DNA from: Raillietiella orientalis
Lineage: Eukaryota
NCBI GenBank assembly: GCA_036172245.1
Contig: JAYWIR010000006.1
Coordinates: 3,906,001 to 3,970,000, forward strand
Reading direction: 5' to 3'
Length of the DNA: 64,000 nucleotides
A model generated the notes under the pieces. It made no database searches, was not told the origin of the DNA, and saw nothing but the letters and a program-made list of their open reading frames with translations. Shown piece after piece: positions 49,251 to 61,560 of this stretch. Made by a program: the position numbers and the translations under genes. The stretch's first letter is position 1, and each line of letters starts with the position of its first letter.

Positions 49251-49811
49251 TCAACTGCTCACGTTTTGCCTTGTGGGTGGTAGCAAGTGTGATTCCCACC
49301 ACTACCCTTAGAAGTGTTTGTTTTTCCGGTTATAAAGATAATAGTGCGTATCTGGTCGTGGGGCAAAGTGTGCGCGTGTATCTGCTCAAGCAGTACCTTT
49401 ATTGCAGCAACCGAATGATTGCACAGTGATAATAATGGTATCCCTTATTGTGGTGTTTCACTCAGCAAGCTGGTAAAATTTCAAAGTGGTTATGATGAGT
49501 CGCTTTTCTTGAGCTTGCCAAAAGCAGTTTAGTGTAGTGCCAAGCTTCCCGTTAGTCCAGACCTAGGTCCGAAGGGTGTGTGTGTTTCGATGAAACCTTA
49601 GCTTGCGTGGTGTCAACGTGTGTCACGGAGGCGCTCTTTTCGCTGTTTCGTCTTGAATGCCCAAACGCTGGCTTGATTTTTGTTTCGCCCTCCGTTCGCC
49701 TCTCTCCCCCGTCAGGAGATGCCTTGATGGCGAGAACAGCGTCTCTAAAGGCCTTGTCAGCAGCTAAAACCTTCGTACTTCGTGGCTGCGGTTTGTGGCG
49801 TTGGGCGGGAA

Positions 49812-49814
<3 letters not shown>

Positions 49815-49842
<28 letters not shown>
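49815..49842. repeat. (GT)14 microsatellite
   Basis: Direct reading. Confidence 0.9.
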
Positions 49843-50108
49843 CTGCCACCGAGAAGTCGCTCCTTTTGCAAGATGATGACTCAAAAAGAGTACCATTCTA
49901 CCTGCCCCCCTTTGTGCGAAAGTTTAGGCAAAGTGGAAGTTGGAAAGCCAGCCCTGTGCGATGGATGTGAATCAGTGCCCTTACGAAATATAAACATATG
50001 TTTTCAGTGACCTATTGTTTGTTTACAAAGTGTGCCTAATTCACGTTTCTGGGTTGGGAGTGACAGTGTTTTCGCTTTGTTTGTGACTCACGCCTTTTCG
50101 GTGGTGTG

Positions 50109-50117
50109 CGCCATTTT
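50109..50117 (+). promoter_or_regulatory. YY1-type motif CGCCATTTT in the likely 5' region of the SR gene
   Basis: Matches CGCCATNTT about 130 nt upstream of the ATG, in a CpG-containing stretch between ANAPC4 and the SR gene. Confidence 0.3.
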
Positions 50118-50237
50118 GACACATTTGGGTAATGAATTTCATGCAGCAGCGTTGTACTTTGCAGGTGTCAGCAATATTCAGAGTGGCTTAGAAACAGTTT
50201 AGCCTGTGTTAGTAAAGAAACAGTTTGCACCAGTGCG

Positions 50238-52446
50238 ATGCCTGAGAGTCGGAGTAGATCCACCAGCCGGACCAGCAGCAAGACCAGCAGAAGCAGCAGC
50301 AGACACAGCAGACATAGCAGACACAGCTCCGAGGGGAGCAGCAACAGCACGTCGAAGGACGGCGTGCGTTTGCACGTGGCCGACCTCGGTACGTAAAGGG
50401 CTGCCCGGCGACCCCTCCTCGACGGAAGGTTCCTCTGCAGGTCTCGGCGTAAGCAAAAGAGAGCTGGAACGTGTCTTCGACAGATACGGACGTGTGAAGG
50501 AGGTGTTCCTGGCACGCACCCCGCCGTGCTTCGCTTTTGTAATATATGAAAATAAGGGGGACGCAGCGGATGCAGTGAAAGGAGTCGACGGACAGTAAGA
50601 CTTGTTTGTTGTTTCTCACGGACTTGAAAAAAAAAGGAAAAGACGGGAGGGGGGACCGAACACGGGCGAGCCATATCTGCCAGCCATTGCTGCCGTGCCG
50701 TGCTCACTTTGCCGCGTGTGACTTTTCCAGCATCATCGGCGGCCACCGAGTCCGGGTGACCTACGCCCTGCCGCGCACGCGTGGAAGAGGGAGAAGATTC
50801 GACCCCAGCATGAGGTGCTTCCAGTGTGGCCAAAGAGGACATTTCTGCAGGGACTGCAACAATACGAAATACGGCTTTCGTAGGTCTCCGTATGGGTAAG
50901 CTGCTTACCAAGAGCTGATGATCGTGGATCTCCTTCATTAGCATGTTGCTATACACGTATAGGTGTCAGCAGCATTGAAATGTTTGCGAGCTTTTGATGT
51001 AAAAGACAGATCCTTACTAATATTTGTAATTTCTAGAGCAATTTTGCTTGTAAGTTCTTTCAAAAGACGTTGAAACAATTGGTTACGATATTTTCCTGCT
51101 GTAAAATTTTCAGTAAACTGAACTTTGTCATAGGATGTGTTGTAATGGTTGGTAATGAAGTCTTGTGATTGGTTGTTTGATGATGGCCAGTGGTTGGGTA
51201 CATGGGAGATGATGATGGCTGTGTTATTTGCTGTCACAGACGGTAGGTATACTAACCATAATAGGCGAAGTTGCTTTTGCCCTATCCTGTGTATCCGAAA
51301 TTGAAACTTCACAGTTTTTGTTTTTGTTTTGTTTTATTTGTTTATTTAAAATTGTACTTTCGTTGTCTTATCAAGACCTCAGAACAGCTGCAAGCACCGC
51401 ATTCCATTCCATTATTCATAATAGGAGGAATGAAGAAAGATGTTTGAATGAGAGAATCACAAGTAGATCCACGTTTCACGGAATTAAAAATTCCAAAAAG
51501 GGATTTTTTCTCTTTCCCCCGTTACATATGTATCTAAACTCAGGCGTGCATACATGTGCATGTATAAGATAAATGTGAATGTGTACTTTATTTATGAATC
51601 CGTACTTTTTGTCCAGATTGTTGAGCTTGTCTTTTAGCAGCTGGTGACAGCGATAGGAAATCATGTGGAGTAGCTTTTTAAGCGCATACTGCGGTTGTTT
51701 CCCTTTCTTTTGTTCTATCAGAAATTATCTAGTTCGACGGTGTGTCCACTCCGAAAGAGGGGGTCAGTATACCCCGTGTACCAGAAAAAAAAAAAAAAAA
51801 AGGAAGAAACGTTTCCGCGTGATGCCGCTCTTCCAGGCTGGGTGGACGGCGCGAACTGCTCAGTCGCGTCCACTTCCGGGTCGTCGCCGCGTGACGTGGG
51901 CGGCGGCACGCCCGGCCACCCGGCGGAAGTTCCCGTCTTCTTGGCGCGCTCGGCGCGGCGACTCGGCTGTCGTAGGGCCTCTCCAGATGATGATGATGAT
52001 GATTCCTCCCCTCCCTCTTCTCCAACCCATCTGGTGCAGCCACAGGTCTCTTTCCTGCACGTCCGTGAACTGGCGTTTGCAGATGCTGGTGCAGCTCTCC
52101 ACGTGTTTTTTTTGAGTACATTTGTGCGTGTACACGGGTGGCTCGGCACGGGTGCCTCCTCGTCCAACGTGAAAGCGAAAGTGTCGAACCTTCGTCTTCG
52201 CACTCATCGCTCCAATTAAACGCCAGGATCGGAAAGAACGTTCCGGCGTTGTCCAGCCGCTTTTATGATTTTTCTGTACCGTTTAGAAATTCTCCCGCCG
52301 CTCCCCCTTTCGCTTCTGATTCCTTGTTCCCCAGATCGCCTAGTCACAATCGCCGTCGAGTACCGAGGGAGAGATACAGATCCACATCCAGACCAAGGCA
52401 TCGATCCAGATCCGTCTCAAGAGGCCGTTCTCGCAGGGATGATTAA
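50238..52446 (+). CDS. SR splicing factor with RRM + CCHC zinc knuckle + RS tail (SRSF7/9G8-like family), about 193 aa
   Basis: Exons 50238-50388, 50441-50594, 50731-50895 and 52335-52446, all GT-AG and phase-compatible. Protein: MPESRSRSTSR...VRLHVADLGLGVSKRELERVFDRYGRVKEVFLARTPPCFAFVIY...RVRVTYALPRTRGRGRRFDPSMRCFQCGQRGHFCRDC...RSPSHNRRR...RSRSVSRGRSRRDD*. Confidence 0.92.
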
Positions 52447-52585
52447 GGTTGGTTGCGAACGAGGCTTCTTCCTTCCGTAAACGGGAAAAGGGGGATGTGC
52501 CTTCAGGAAGAAGCCCATTCAGCCACACTCCAGCGTTTCACGACACTCTTTGGGTTAATGGATTGGACGTTGATGTTTAGAGAAT

Positions 52586-52591
52586 AATAAA
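52586..52591 (+). terminator. Likely polyadenylation signal of the SR gene
   Basis: AATAAA 140 nt after the stop codon, followed by T/C-rich sequence. Confidence 0.5.
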
Positions 52592-55023
52592 TGTTGAAGA
52601 ACCTTTCTCTCTCGCCTTGTTCTCGTATGTTCTCCGTGCCTGCAGCATGCTCCGCGAGGGGGTCTCCACATCCTTCAGCCCACGGCGCCTTTTCGGGACG
52701 CAGCCTTTCCTGGGTGTGCGGGGTCGCTTCCGTCCCTGCAGCAGCCCCGCTCTCCGGACCACCGCACCCGAGCGAGCAGCGAGTCCGCAGATTCTTGGTG
52801 GTAGAGCTGATGGCGCTCAGGTGCCAGGAGATTCCAGTCAAGGCCAAGGAGCCAACTGCCGGATGGATGGATGGATGGATGCTTGGGGAGGAGCTGAAGA
52901 GCACTTGTGAGCGGACGATGGGCAAGAGGGTGCGGTGAAACGCGGCGTTCGCGCACCGTAACTCACACAAGGCGAACGCCGTTGGGTCTTCCCAGAGCTT
53001 GGAATCCCCCTGGAGCGACTGCGTGCTTCTTGTGGCTTCTCCGCGACTCGGCTGCGCCGTCAGCCGTTGGGCACCGACTTGCAAAAGAAAGGGAAACGAA
53101 AGCGAAACCGAAAGCAGAGGGGGCCGTCACTGGGGACGAGGAATCGCTGCCGCCATGCCAACCCGGCAGCGACCCACGGCAGGAACGCGACCGTGCTGGT
53201 ACGCTCGCGTGAATTTGTGGGGGACAGGCAAACCAGGAGGTGCCTGCCCCCTTCCCGCTGCCGCACAGAGTTGAGTCAGCGCTCGGCTCCTCCCCGACGC
53301 GCGTTGCCCGCGTCCGGGAAGGCGCACGCGTCGCGCTCTCCCCATCTCGCCCCCCCCCCGATGGAACATCCTTGCTTCGGGACCAGTAACTCTGTTGATC
53401 CTCCTCCCTTGCGTCCAGGCAGGGACTCCCGGGGGCGTTCGCGCGGCGCCTCGCAAAAACCCACGGGCGTCGCTCGGTGCCTCACGCTTCGATCGGAGCG
53501 TTCCCGTCGCCCAGTGACGGGCGCAGAGCCATCTTTTGGGGCGGGCCGATCCAAGATGGCTGCTTGTTTTGTCGTCGTACACCGGCTAAGGAGGAAGAAA
53601 AGGCTTGTCGACGGGCCCGCGGGCTCACCTCCGAATAAACCGAAACAGGAAGATCCACTTCCCGGGGCGATTGGAACGCGACCACACTTCCTCCCTTGAG
53701 GGGCTCCTGAGGTGGCGGGCCAACGAGTTGTGCTCGTCGGCTGGTTGTTGGAGCTTGGGGACGGACGAGGTTCCCCGTGACCAGTCCGCAGGGGTGATCC
53801 GCGGCCGCGCATCGCGCGTGAGAAAGGCATGCAGTCCCGGGAGAAATTCGAACAGGGCGGACGTCGCGGCTCGTGGCGCGCGCCTCGCGAAACAAAGGAA
53901 TCCCCGTGAGTTCCCCTACGCGCGGACAAGGAGGGACCGGGGACCCGGGAACCCTAGGAGAGGAGTCGACACTCCCCCGCGGGTTCGTGGGCACACGTTT
54001 TTCGAGGGAAGTGGCGACGGTTCTTTTAGGTGCGCGCGGACCTCGGCGAGCGGATGCGCACCGCTCCCGCCTTCGGCAGCGCGTCGAGGTTGTCGGGTTC
54101 GGCCGAAGAGGCCGAGCACGAGGCGCTCGTAGTGACCACGCGGATGGCGGAGCTGGGTCGGGCGCGCGTCCCGGGAGCGGTGACGGGACGCCCATCTCGT
54201 CTCGCAGAGGGATTTCCGGGAGGTCGCCGCGTCCATCAGAGTCATCAGGCGCGATTGCGGTCGTGGAGAAAGGTCCAGGGAATCTTGCGGAGGTGCGGGC
54301 GGGGGAAGAGTACCAGATTCAGATTGCCTGGGCGTCGCCATGGAGGCGGTCACGGGAAGCTGACCTTAAGTGGGAGGTTTGGGCGGACTCGTGCCCGAAC
54401 GAGGGAGTTCGCGCGCCTCCTCCCCCCTTGACTCTTGCTGGTAGTTGCAGCAGAGTGAAAAGGCCTCCCGACGCCTCCCCGGCCCCGACTAGCCGGAGGT
54501 GCCTCGGTTGCGGCATTTTCCTGGACGGGAGCGATCAATCAACTGCACGTGGTTTCGCTGTCAGACCGGGCAGATCGTTTCCTAGGCGACTCTCCTTCGT
54601 CCGCGATGCAGACGAACCGGGAAAGCCTGGCAATTTCCGGAGCGCCGGGGAGAACAGAAAGCTGCCATCTGCTTCCGTGGTTGTCCCGGACAGGGTATGT
54701 GGGGCGTTGTCCCCGGGAAGAGCCAGGGTTTCTCGAAAACCGCAGCCACTGTTAGCGGATGCTGGAAGCGGTCCGTGTGAGGGGGGAACGGACCTGCACG
54801 AGGGGCATGGGGGGAAGAGGAAACAGGTAGGAGCGGCCTTCGCGCCCAGGGCATTACCCTGGAGCGCTCAGACGGAGGCGTGCCCTCCTTGGCTTTCATA
54901 TCTGTTGCTTCCGGGGTAGCGGAGACCCTCCATCTGGGGTAAGGGAAAGGAGCCCCGGCAGCGTCTTCCGAGTTGACGGGGGTAAGAGGCGGGAAGGGGG
55001 ATGAGGAATCTTCCTGCCTCCGG

Positions 55024-55742
55024 TTACCCGGGCAGCCTGCTGGACTTGGCATCGGTCGGTCCGCGGAAGGCGTCGCCGTTGTCGCCACGCTGCTGCTGCT
55101 GCTGCTGCTGCTGCCGCCGCCGCTGGTTCTCCTCCACGGGCAGCATTCCTAGGACCTCGGACAGCCGTCTGATCCGCTCGATGGCGCGGCGCAGGATCTT
55201 CAGCTTGGACAGCCTCCTGCCCGTGTGGCTTCCTCTGGGGGGAAGGGGAGGGCGAGGAGGTCAGCGGCAGGGTAGGTGGGTGGGTGCGTGCGTGGTGTTC
55301 TCCTGGGCGACGGGCGCGCTCCGCCGGGGCGAAGGTCGGTGCTAGGTGGTGGTGGTGGTGGTGGTAGTGGTAGTGGTGGCGGGGTGCGTGCATGGGGTTG
55401 CCCCGCACGACGTGCGCGCGCTGCCGGCCGGGCGGCGGTGGGACGGATTTACCGGCACTCGGCGGACAGGGCGTGCTGCAACCTGCCGAAGGCGGCGTTG
55501 ACCGCCTCCACACGGCGCCTCTCCCTCGCGTTCCTCCGCGCCGCCAGATGCGAAGGTCTCTTCTGGCGCTGCTGCTGCTGCTCCTGCATCCCCTCCCGGG
55601 CCACGGCGATCAGCTCGGGTGCCAACGTGAGGTCCAGCCGATGCGGAGCCGGCGACTGACGTCTCCGACGGCACCGCCCCTCCACCTCCCCTCCTGCAGC
55701 TATTGCTCCTCTCCGAGCGGACCCCTCCGTGCTCGCCCACAT
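55024..55742 (-). CDS. Achaete-scute family bHLH transcription factor (hlh-4/ASCL-like)
   Basis: Exon 55742 (or 55589)-55453, intron GTAAAT...CCCCAG, exon 55234-55024. Protein: ...MQEQQQQRQKRPSHLAARRNARERRRVEAVNAAFGRLQHALSAECR|GSHTGRRLSKLKILRRAIERIRRLSEVLG...QQQQQQQQ...RLPG*. Start codon uncertain. Confidence 0.88.
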
Positions 55743-58099
55743 GGCGGGGGTAGGCCATCACGCGCGCCCCGCATGGGCGGACGGACGGACGGATCGATCC
55801 GCGAGCGCTGGTCCAGGGGGCAGACGAGGAGGAGGGCGGCCTCTGCGGGCGGGAGTCGTGGCTCCGCCCGCTCCCCGGTGCTCACCCGCAGCCGACGCGT
55901 GCGGGCACGCGCCGCGGAACTCTGGGACGCCGTCCAGCGTCTCTTTATCCTAAGCTTCGCTGTCCCCTGCATCTCCTTTGCAGTGGACCTTCTGCAGCGA
56001 TCCTCCTTGCATTCCCATCTCGTCTTCGCCGAGGTTGGTCCATGCTGATTTGACTCCGCACATTTCGTTTTTCGTGCCTTGCTCCACTGGAGTGGACTTC
56101 GAAGTGTCCACTCCCTGATTCCCGGCTGTCCAAGGAGACGTTCGGGACGCAGAGCAGACCCTCTCGCATCTCGTGTGCAGCGGGCATTGGACCGCCTGCC
56201 GTTGAGAACGGGGGACTCCGCACCGGCTCAGGCGGACCCTGTGAAAGCATTTTTGGGGATCTTCGGCGGGAGGGGAGCTGCGGCATCACCCAAACTTTCG
56301 GGATCGCCTCGGCTTGCTTCACCGAGGAGGGAAATGCGCGCCTCACTCGGATCTTCAGACCAGCGGAGTTCGTCGGGGAGGAAAAGGAAGGTGGTGGTGA
56401 TTGTGAGGAGGAGGAAGAGGAGGAAGGGATGAAGAAGAGGAAGTCGATGGGGAGTGCAAGAGGAGGAAGAACAAATGAAGAAGGGGAGAGCTATTGTGAG
56501 GAGGAGGAGGAAGAGGAAGGGATGAAGAAGAGCATGGTGGTGATGAGAATGATGATGACGATGGCAGTGAAGCTTTCCTGCATTACCAAAGCACCTCTGC
56601 GGTCCCAGCCTACTTCGAACTGCAGGATGCTGGGTGCTTCCTTTTCACGCGGCAGCCTTCCTCCTTGCATCACTGTTGCCTGTGTCTGCATACCTGCGTG
56701 CAGCAAAAACCCACCAAGTCTGCGAAGAGAGAGTGCGGCACCGCGACCACAGCTCGCCGGAGGCGGTTGGGCACCGCCACCTGTTGTCGCCAGCGGGGGC
56801 GGACCCGGAGGCGGTGCTCTTGAAAGGGCCGGTAAGAGAGAAAGAGGTGTAGGCCATCCTGCCGGATGCCCGTTCGCCCAGTTCGTCGCTGAGGCTCACC
56901 CCATCAGCAGCTTCACCGTGCCCGTCTAGCACAAGGAGAGTCCAGGACCGTCCCTGCGCAAGGCCCTCCGCCGAAGATCGTTGCATCCAGGGCGTTGCGG
57001 AGAGGTTCTCCTGGCAACGGCGAGGAACCGTGGGCGCACCATGCCTACGTTCAGGTTCAGCCACAGGTGGCGGGGTTGCTGCAGTCGTGGCAGAAGCATC
57101 GGGAATCGCGACGCGGAGAGAGCGGAGGGTTCTCAGCCCGCAGTGTCCGCTCCGCGCGACACGTGCGCGTGTGTCGACGTCTCCGAGGAGGCTGTGATGG
57201 GGGCTTCTTAGCAGCTGCTGTTTTTGAAGCCAGTTTGTTGGACTGGAACGGTGAGCGTCGGTCCTCTGCCAACACCCACACAATTTGGCACCAGAGCGCG
57301 CGCGGGGGGGGGGTCTGTTTTCCCTCCGAGCTCGCTGCTTCCTGTGATTGCGACCCCCTCTGATGTGTCTGTAAAAAAATAATGTCGGAATGCGATTCGG
57401 CACGGCGAAACCGAAGATTCGTGCGAGACAACGAAGGAATTTCAGGTATTTCGTATACCTTCGTGCTCGATGATGTACACAGACGAAACACTCTAGAATA
57501 CGGGAAACTGCACGCATATCCGTTTTAGACGAAAATCGTGGTGAATGTGTTTGGTCACTTGGTGTTTCATCAGAGGTGTTTCCTGCCGGCTTCTAACCAG
57601 TGTCCGAAACCAGACGTTGGGAAGCGGTTCACGGGGATTCGAACCTGCCAAATTTTTCGAGCTGAATTCCTCGTGGGAGAGCAGGGAAAAATTTCGTTAT
57701 CGCTCTCCGAGTCTAGCCGTGACGTCATGCTGAACGCATGACGGCTGTGGGAAGCGACGTGTGCGGGAACGGGGATGGCGGGTTCCAAGCGAACGATTTC
57801 CGTCATGACTAATCGAGAAGTCCGGTCGTGGATGTTGGAGTCCTCGCAGCAGTCGGGATAGCCGGCTTGCTCCTGATTCCTCCTCCGAGCGCGGGTAGCA
57901 GCCCTAGGGAAACGTCGACTCCGGCGAACCGGGAAGTGCGTCTCCACTTGTCTCAACCGGACCTTCCAGGAACGAAGGCATCTCCCGTTTTCGATGGAGG
58001 AATCCTGTGTTGGTCAGACGGGTCAGAGTACAAGGTCAGACGTACTCGCAAACATTTCATAAAGCATCTTAGTAGTTGCGTTGCGAGCACGCTCTAACG

Positions 58100-58175
58100 T
58101 GAGGGGCAGTGCCGTGGCCATGGCACCCGCGTGTGGCACCCAGCGCTGTGGGTTCGAATCGCCCCCGTGAAGGTG
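58100..58175 (+). mobile_element. tRNA-derived SINE-like head (not a functional tRNA)
   Basis: B-box GGTTCGAATC followed by CCCCGTGAA. A related GGTTCGAATCCCCGTGAA lies on the minus strand at about 57628-57645. No complete cloverleaf. Confidence 0.3.
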
Positions 58176-59599
58176 GACCCAAACAGTTGGATGCGGTTCC
58201 CGTTCGAAAATCCAACCCTGCCTTCCTTCCTTTCCTTTGTTGCGCACAGTAGAGGGACCTTTTCCGGGAATTCTCCCGAGGGCGCAGAATCCTCAGTCCG
58301 CTGCCGACGTGGGAGTCCTGGCAAAAAGTCCACACCTCCAGCCACTCGCTCCACAGCTCCTCCACGTTTTCAGCGTGCCCTCCTCATCCATGTTTTCGTG
58401 GACCCGGTAACCAGACGCCTTCCGGGGTTCACCGGACTCCCTTGGCAGCACCCGGCTCGGGAGTCAGTCATGTGCGAGGGTGTCCAGTTTCGGGAGGGTC
58501 TGCCGGACAGCGAGAATTCCGCTGAACTTGACCTAAGGCGGCATCGAGGGACGAGACCCAGGTCGACTCGACAGAGGCAATCGAACGGGCTGCTCTTGCT
58601 ACAGGCCCGAAAGCAACGTTTTGCACGGCCGCCATGCTCTCGGCGTGACGTCATGGCATGGTCGGAGAACCCGTGACAACGAAGTGAGGAACGCCCATGG
58701 TCGCAGGGACCGCGTTGGCGGCCGGGGATGGACGCCGAGTAGGATGCGTCGCGGGTTCCGCGTCTGCCCGCGAGGTGACGCTGGGACGGTTCCAGGCTTC
58801 TGGTTCTCACCTGTAGGACGCGCTCGCGAGTGGCCCCTCGACTAGCGGTCGTGAATCGGGATGCTTCCTGGAGACCCGGGATCAATGGCTCCCTCTCCAC
58901 TTCGTGCACTGGAGGAACGTGGAAGGCAGCAGCAAAACTCTAACAGGATTCCATCGTCCTCAGACCAATGGTAACGCCCTCCATCCCGAGGAGGGTGTTA
59001 CCTAACAACACGCCGACGAAAGCCAGAAGGACGAAGGAGTCGGAATGCGATGACGTCTTTACGTGTTCTGGGACTTCCAGATGTCTTCGTCACTTTTCTC
59101 CCTTGTTTTTTGCGTTCTCGGGAAGCTGAGAACGCAGAGATTGAAGTCGCGTTCCTCCTGCACTGCTCCTCTGCAAGAAGTAGATCGAGAGATACCCTGG
59201 ATCGAGAACCCACCTCCGGGGACGAGCTGCAAGAGCGTGCTCTCTTCCCGAAAGCATCGGAAGGACAGAGTTGCCACCCGGTCACGCCGGGGCGTTCATC
59301 AAAACCAATAAACTCACAACTTTCGTGGTGGGGCAAGGAGTCCCCCCCCCCACACACAGTCGATCCTGCATTCGGGCCGGGTCGCAGGTGCGCATACAGA
59401 CGGGCTCACCACGGCAGCGGAGGGGGATGGGGAAAAACAGAAAGAAAAACAAAATAACAACAGTGGACTGTCAGGAGGAGATCACAGTCCTCTGGAGGGA
59501 GTCTACATCCTTTCCAGGATGCCGGCTAGGTCCGTGCAAATAGGTCAACAGTCCGCAGGAAGCGAACTGCAAACTGGATGACGTCCTCTCGTTTCTTCC

Positions 59600-60480
59600 T
59601 CCGTCGGCTTCGCTCCAGACCGCCGCAATCACGCAGATGCAGCAGAGCGCTGCTGGGGCTGCGGCTAGCTGCAGGGCATCACGCAGAAAGAGGAACGTGG
59701 TAAAACGATCCTGGGGGCGCCAACCGGGGACCGCAGGGTCGCTCCAAAACGTTCCCATAGGGGTCGGTCGGCAACGCAGTCCACTAGCAGACGTGGTAGG
59801 GGGAATTCGCGTTTCCCGCACCTGTGACAGTCGCAACTCCTTCCCCAGCGTCCGGTGGTGTCGGTACGCGTTGCAGGGAACCCCAGTGCAGCAGCAGCAG
59901 CAGCTGAAGTGCCAGCTACTTCTGCTTCAGGGGGAGGGCGCTGCTGTCCTTGAGCACTGCTGGCCACTCCAGGTCTCGGCAAAGAACAAGCAGCTCGCTC
60001 CAGCGCTGCGCTCCTCGCGGAAGGACACTCGGAGCTGCGGCATCCGCCAGCTATCCCATGGTCCATCCACTCATCAACTTCCTTGCGCCTGCGATCCGGC
60101 GGAGAATTCCTACCTCGGCAGGTAGACTACTGACAAGTAGCTGCGCCTCACTGCAGCGAGGGAGGTCGTCTCCGCCCACGCGCTCCAGCTAGGAGAATCC
60201 TGAATCTTCCGGAGCGAGCAGTGGGCGTGGACGCGGAGTCGCAGGCAGTTCCACCTTCCAGATCGCATCTCATTGATCTTCGCCCACGTGCCAACTGCTT
60301 CCTCTAGCCAGGTCCTCGAGTTGGCGGGGCAACAAACCATCCAGGCGTTTTCCTTCGCCAGGGAGACCAGGCGATCGAGGGAAGACCGCACCTTCGCATC
60401 CTGGGGCGCGAGCACAAGAGGAAGAACGCGAGTCCTACGTCTCGGCTTCAAGACTGGCGACGGAGAGGGCCTCATTGGAA
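59600..60480 (-). mobile_element. Decayed L1/Tx1-like ORF2 3' end (zf-RVT), copy 1
   Basis: LEWPAVLKDS...KQK*LALQLLLLLH and CDCHRCGKREFPLPRLLVDCVADRPLWERFGATL match the zf-RVT pattern C..CG..ET..HLL..C....W, with disablements. Confidence 0.6.
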
Positions 60481-61119
60481 GAAGACCGCCAGTCGAAAGG
60501 GAGAGCCAGAAGAAGGAGGAAGGGTTGTCGCTGTGCTTCTTCAGGGAAGGAATTTCTTCTCCTTTCCGCAGATTCCGTTGAAGAACACGATCGACGCCCC
60601 CAGGAGATCAGACTAGAATGAACTGCAACCAATGGGACGGCGGTTAGGCTGAACCCAGTTCCGTCTGATGCATCGGAATGGTGCATGGCTGCATTTCATG
60701 ATGTGTTTCTTTAAAGGCCAGTAGCGACCTCATGGGGAGACCGTCAAGATGGGCCTAAGGTGATTCTCACCCGGTTATGCCGGGACATTTGTTACGTTAA
60801 GTAGTAAAAATACTAATTTTTGTGATGGAATCAACGGTTCCCCGCACACAATGAACCTTCCGAAGGATGGTGCGCAGACCGGAAAGGTGCCCATCGGCAG
60901 AGTAGGGGAAGGGGAAAACATAAACAAGAAAAATAAACACACAAAACAGGGGAGGGAAAACTATACATAGGGGAGGATGGAGGGGGGGAACCGAGGAAGG
61001 GATCGAGGTCCTCTGCATCCTGTTGAGGATGCCGGCAAGTTCCGTCCGTATAGCGCCCAGGTGGGGCCATCCCTATGAGGTCCTCAGGAAGATCCGCGCC
61101 CAGTGGTTGGCGCCCCTGC

Positions 61120-61560
61120 TATTTCGGTCTCTTCTTCCCGCGTTCCACACCGCCTGATCCCGCGGAGCCTACAAGGAACCAAGAAGGACGCGTGTGGAGG
61201 TAGTGCGGCAACGCGAGCGAAGAGACGTCTGAAAATGTCCCTGGGCCGCCAACCAGGATTTTTAGGGTCGTCGAAAACCGATCCCAAAGGCCTCGGGGGG
61301 TGGCACAGCCCAGCAGAAGGTGCGGAAGAGTTTCCTTCTTCCCACACCTGTCCCACTCAGCACTCGCCCTCTCCCGTGTCCAGTGGTGAAGGCGCGCTTT
61401 GCACGGGATTCCCCCATGCACCACCAGCAACGCCGACTCTCGCCACTAGAGGAGGAGGGCACCACTGCTCCAGCACGCTGGGGGTCACTTCAGCTCCTCC
61501 GGAGGGATGTCGAGCAGCTCTCCTCAGCGCTCAAGTCCGTGGGGTGGGATGCTCGGGGTC
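61120..61560 (-). mobile_element. Decayed L1/Tx1-like ORF2 3' end (zf-RVT), copy 2
   Basis: LVVHGGIPCKARLHHW...DRCGKKETLPHLLLGCATPRGLWDRFSTTLKILVG is a clear zf-RVT motif, homologous to the 59.7 kb fragment. Confidence 0.7.

Noticed and set aside
50206..50598. ORF-track N-terminus MLVKKQF...PPAGPAARP for the RRM protein
   Set aside because: It reads through a 52-nt intron. The spliced frame from ATG 50238 restores the RNP2 strand.
58100..58175. tRNA gene
   Set aside because: Only a B-box/T-loop is present, with no acceptor stem or proper D and anticodon arms.
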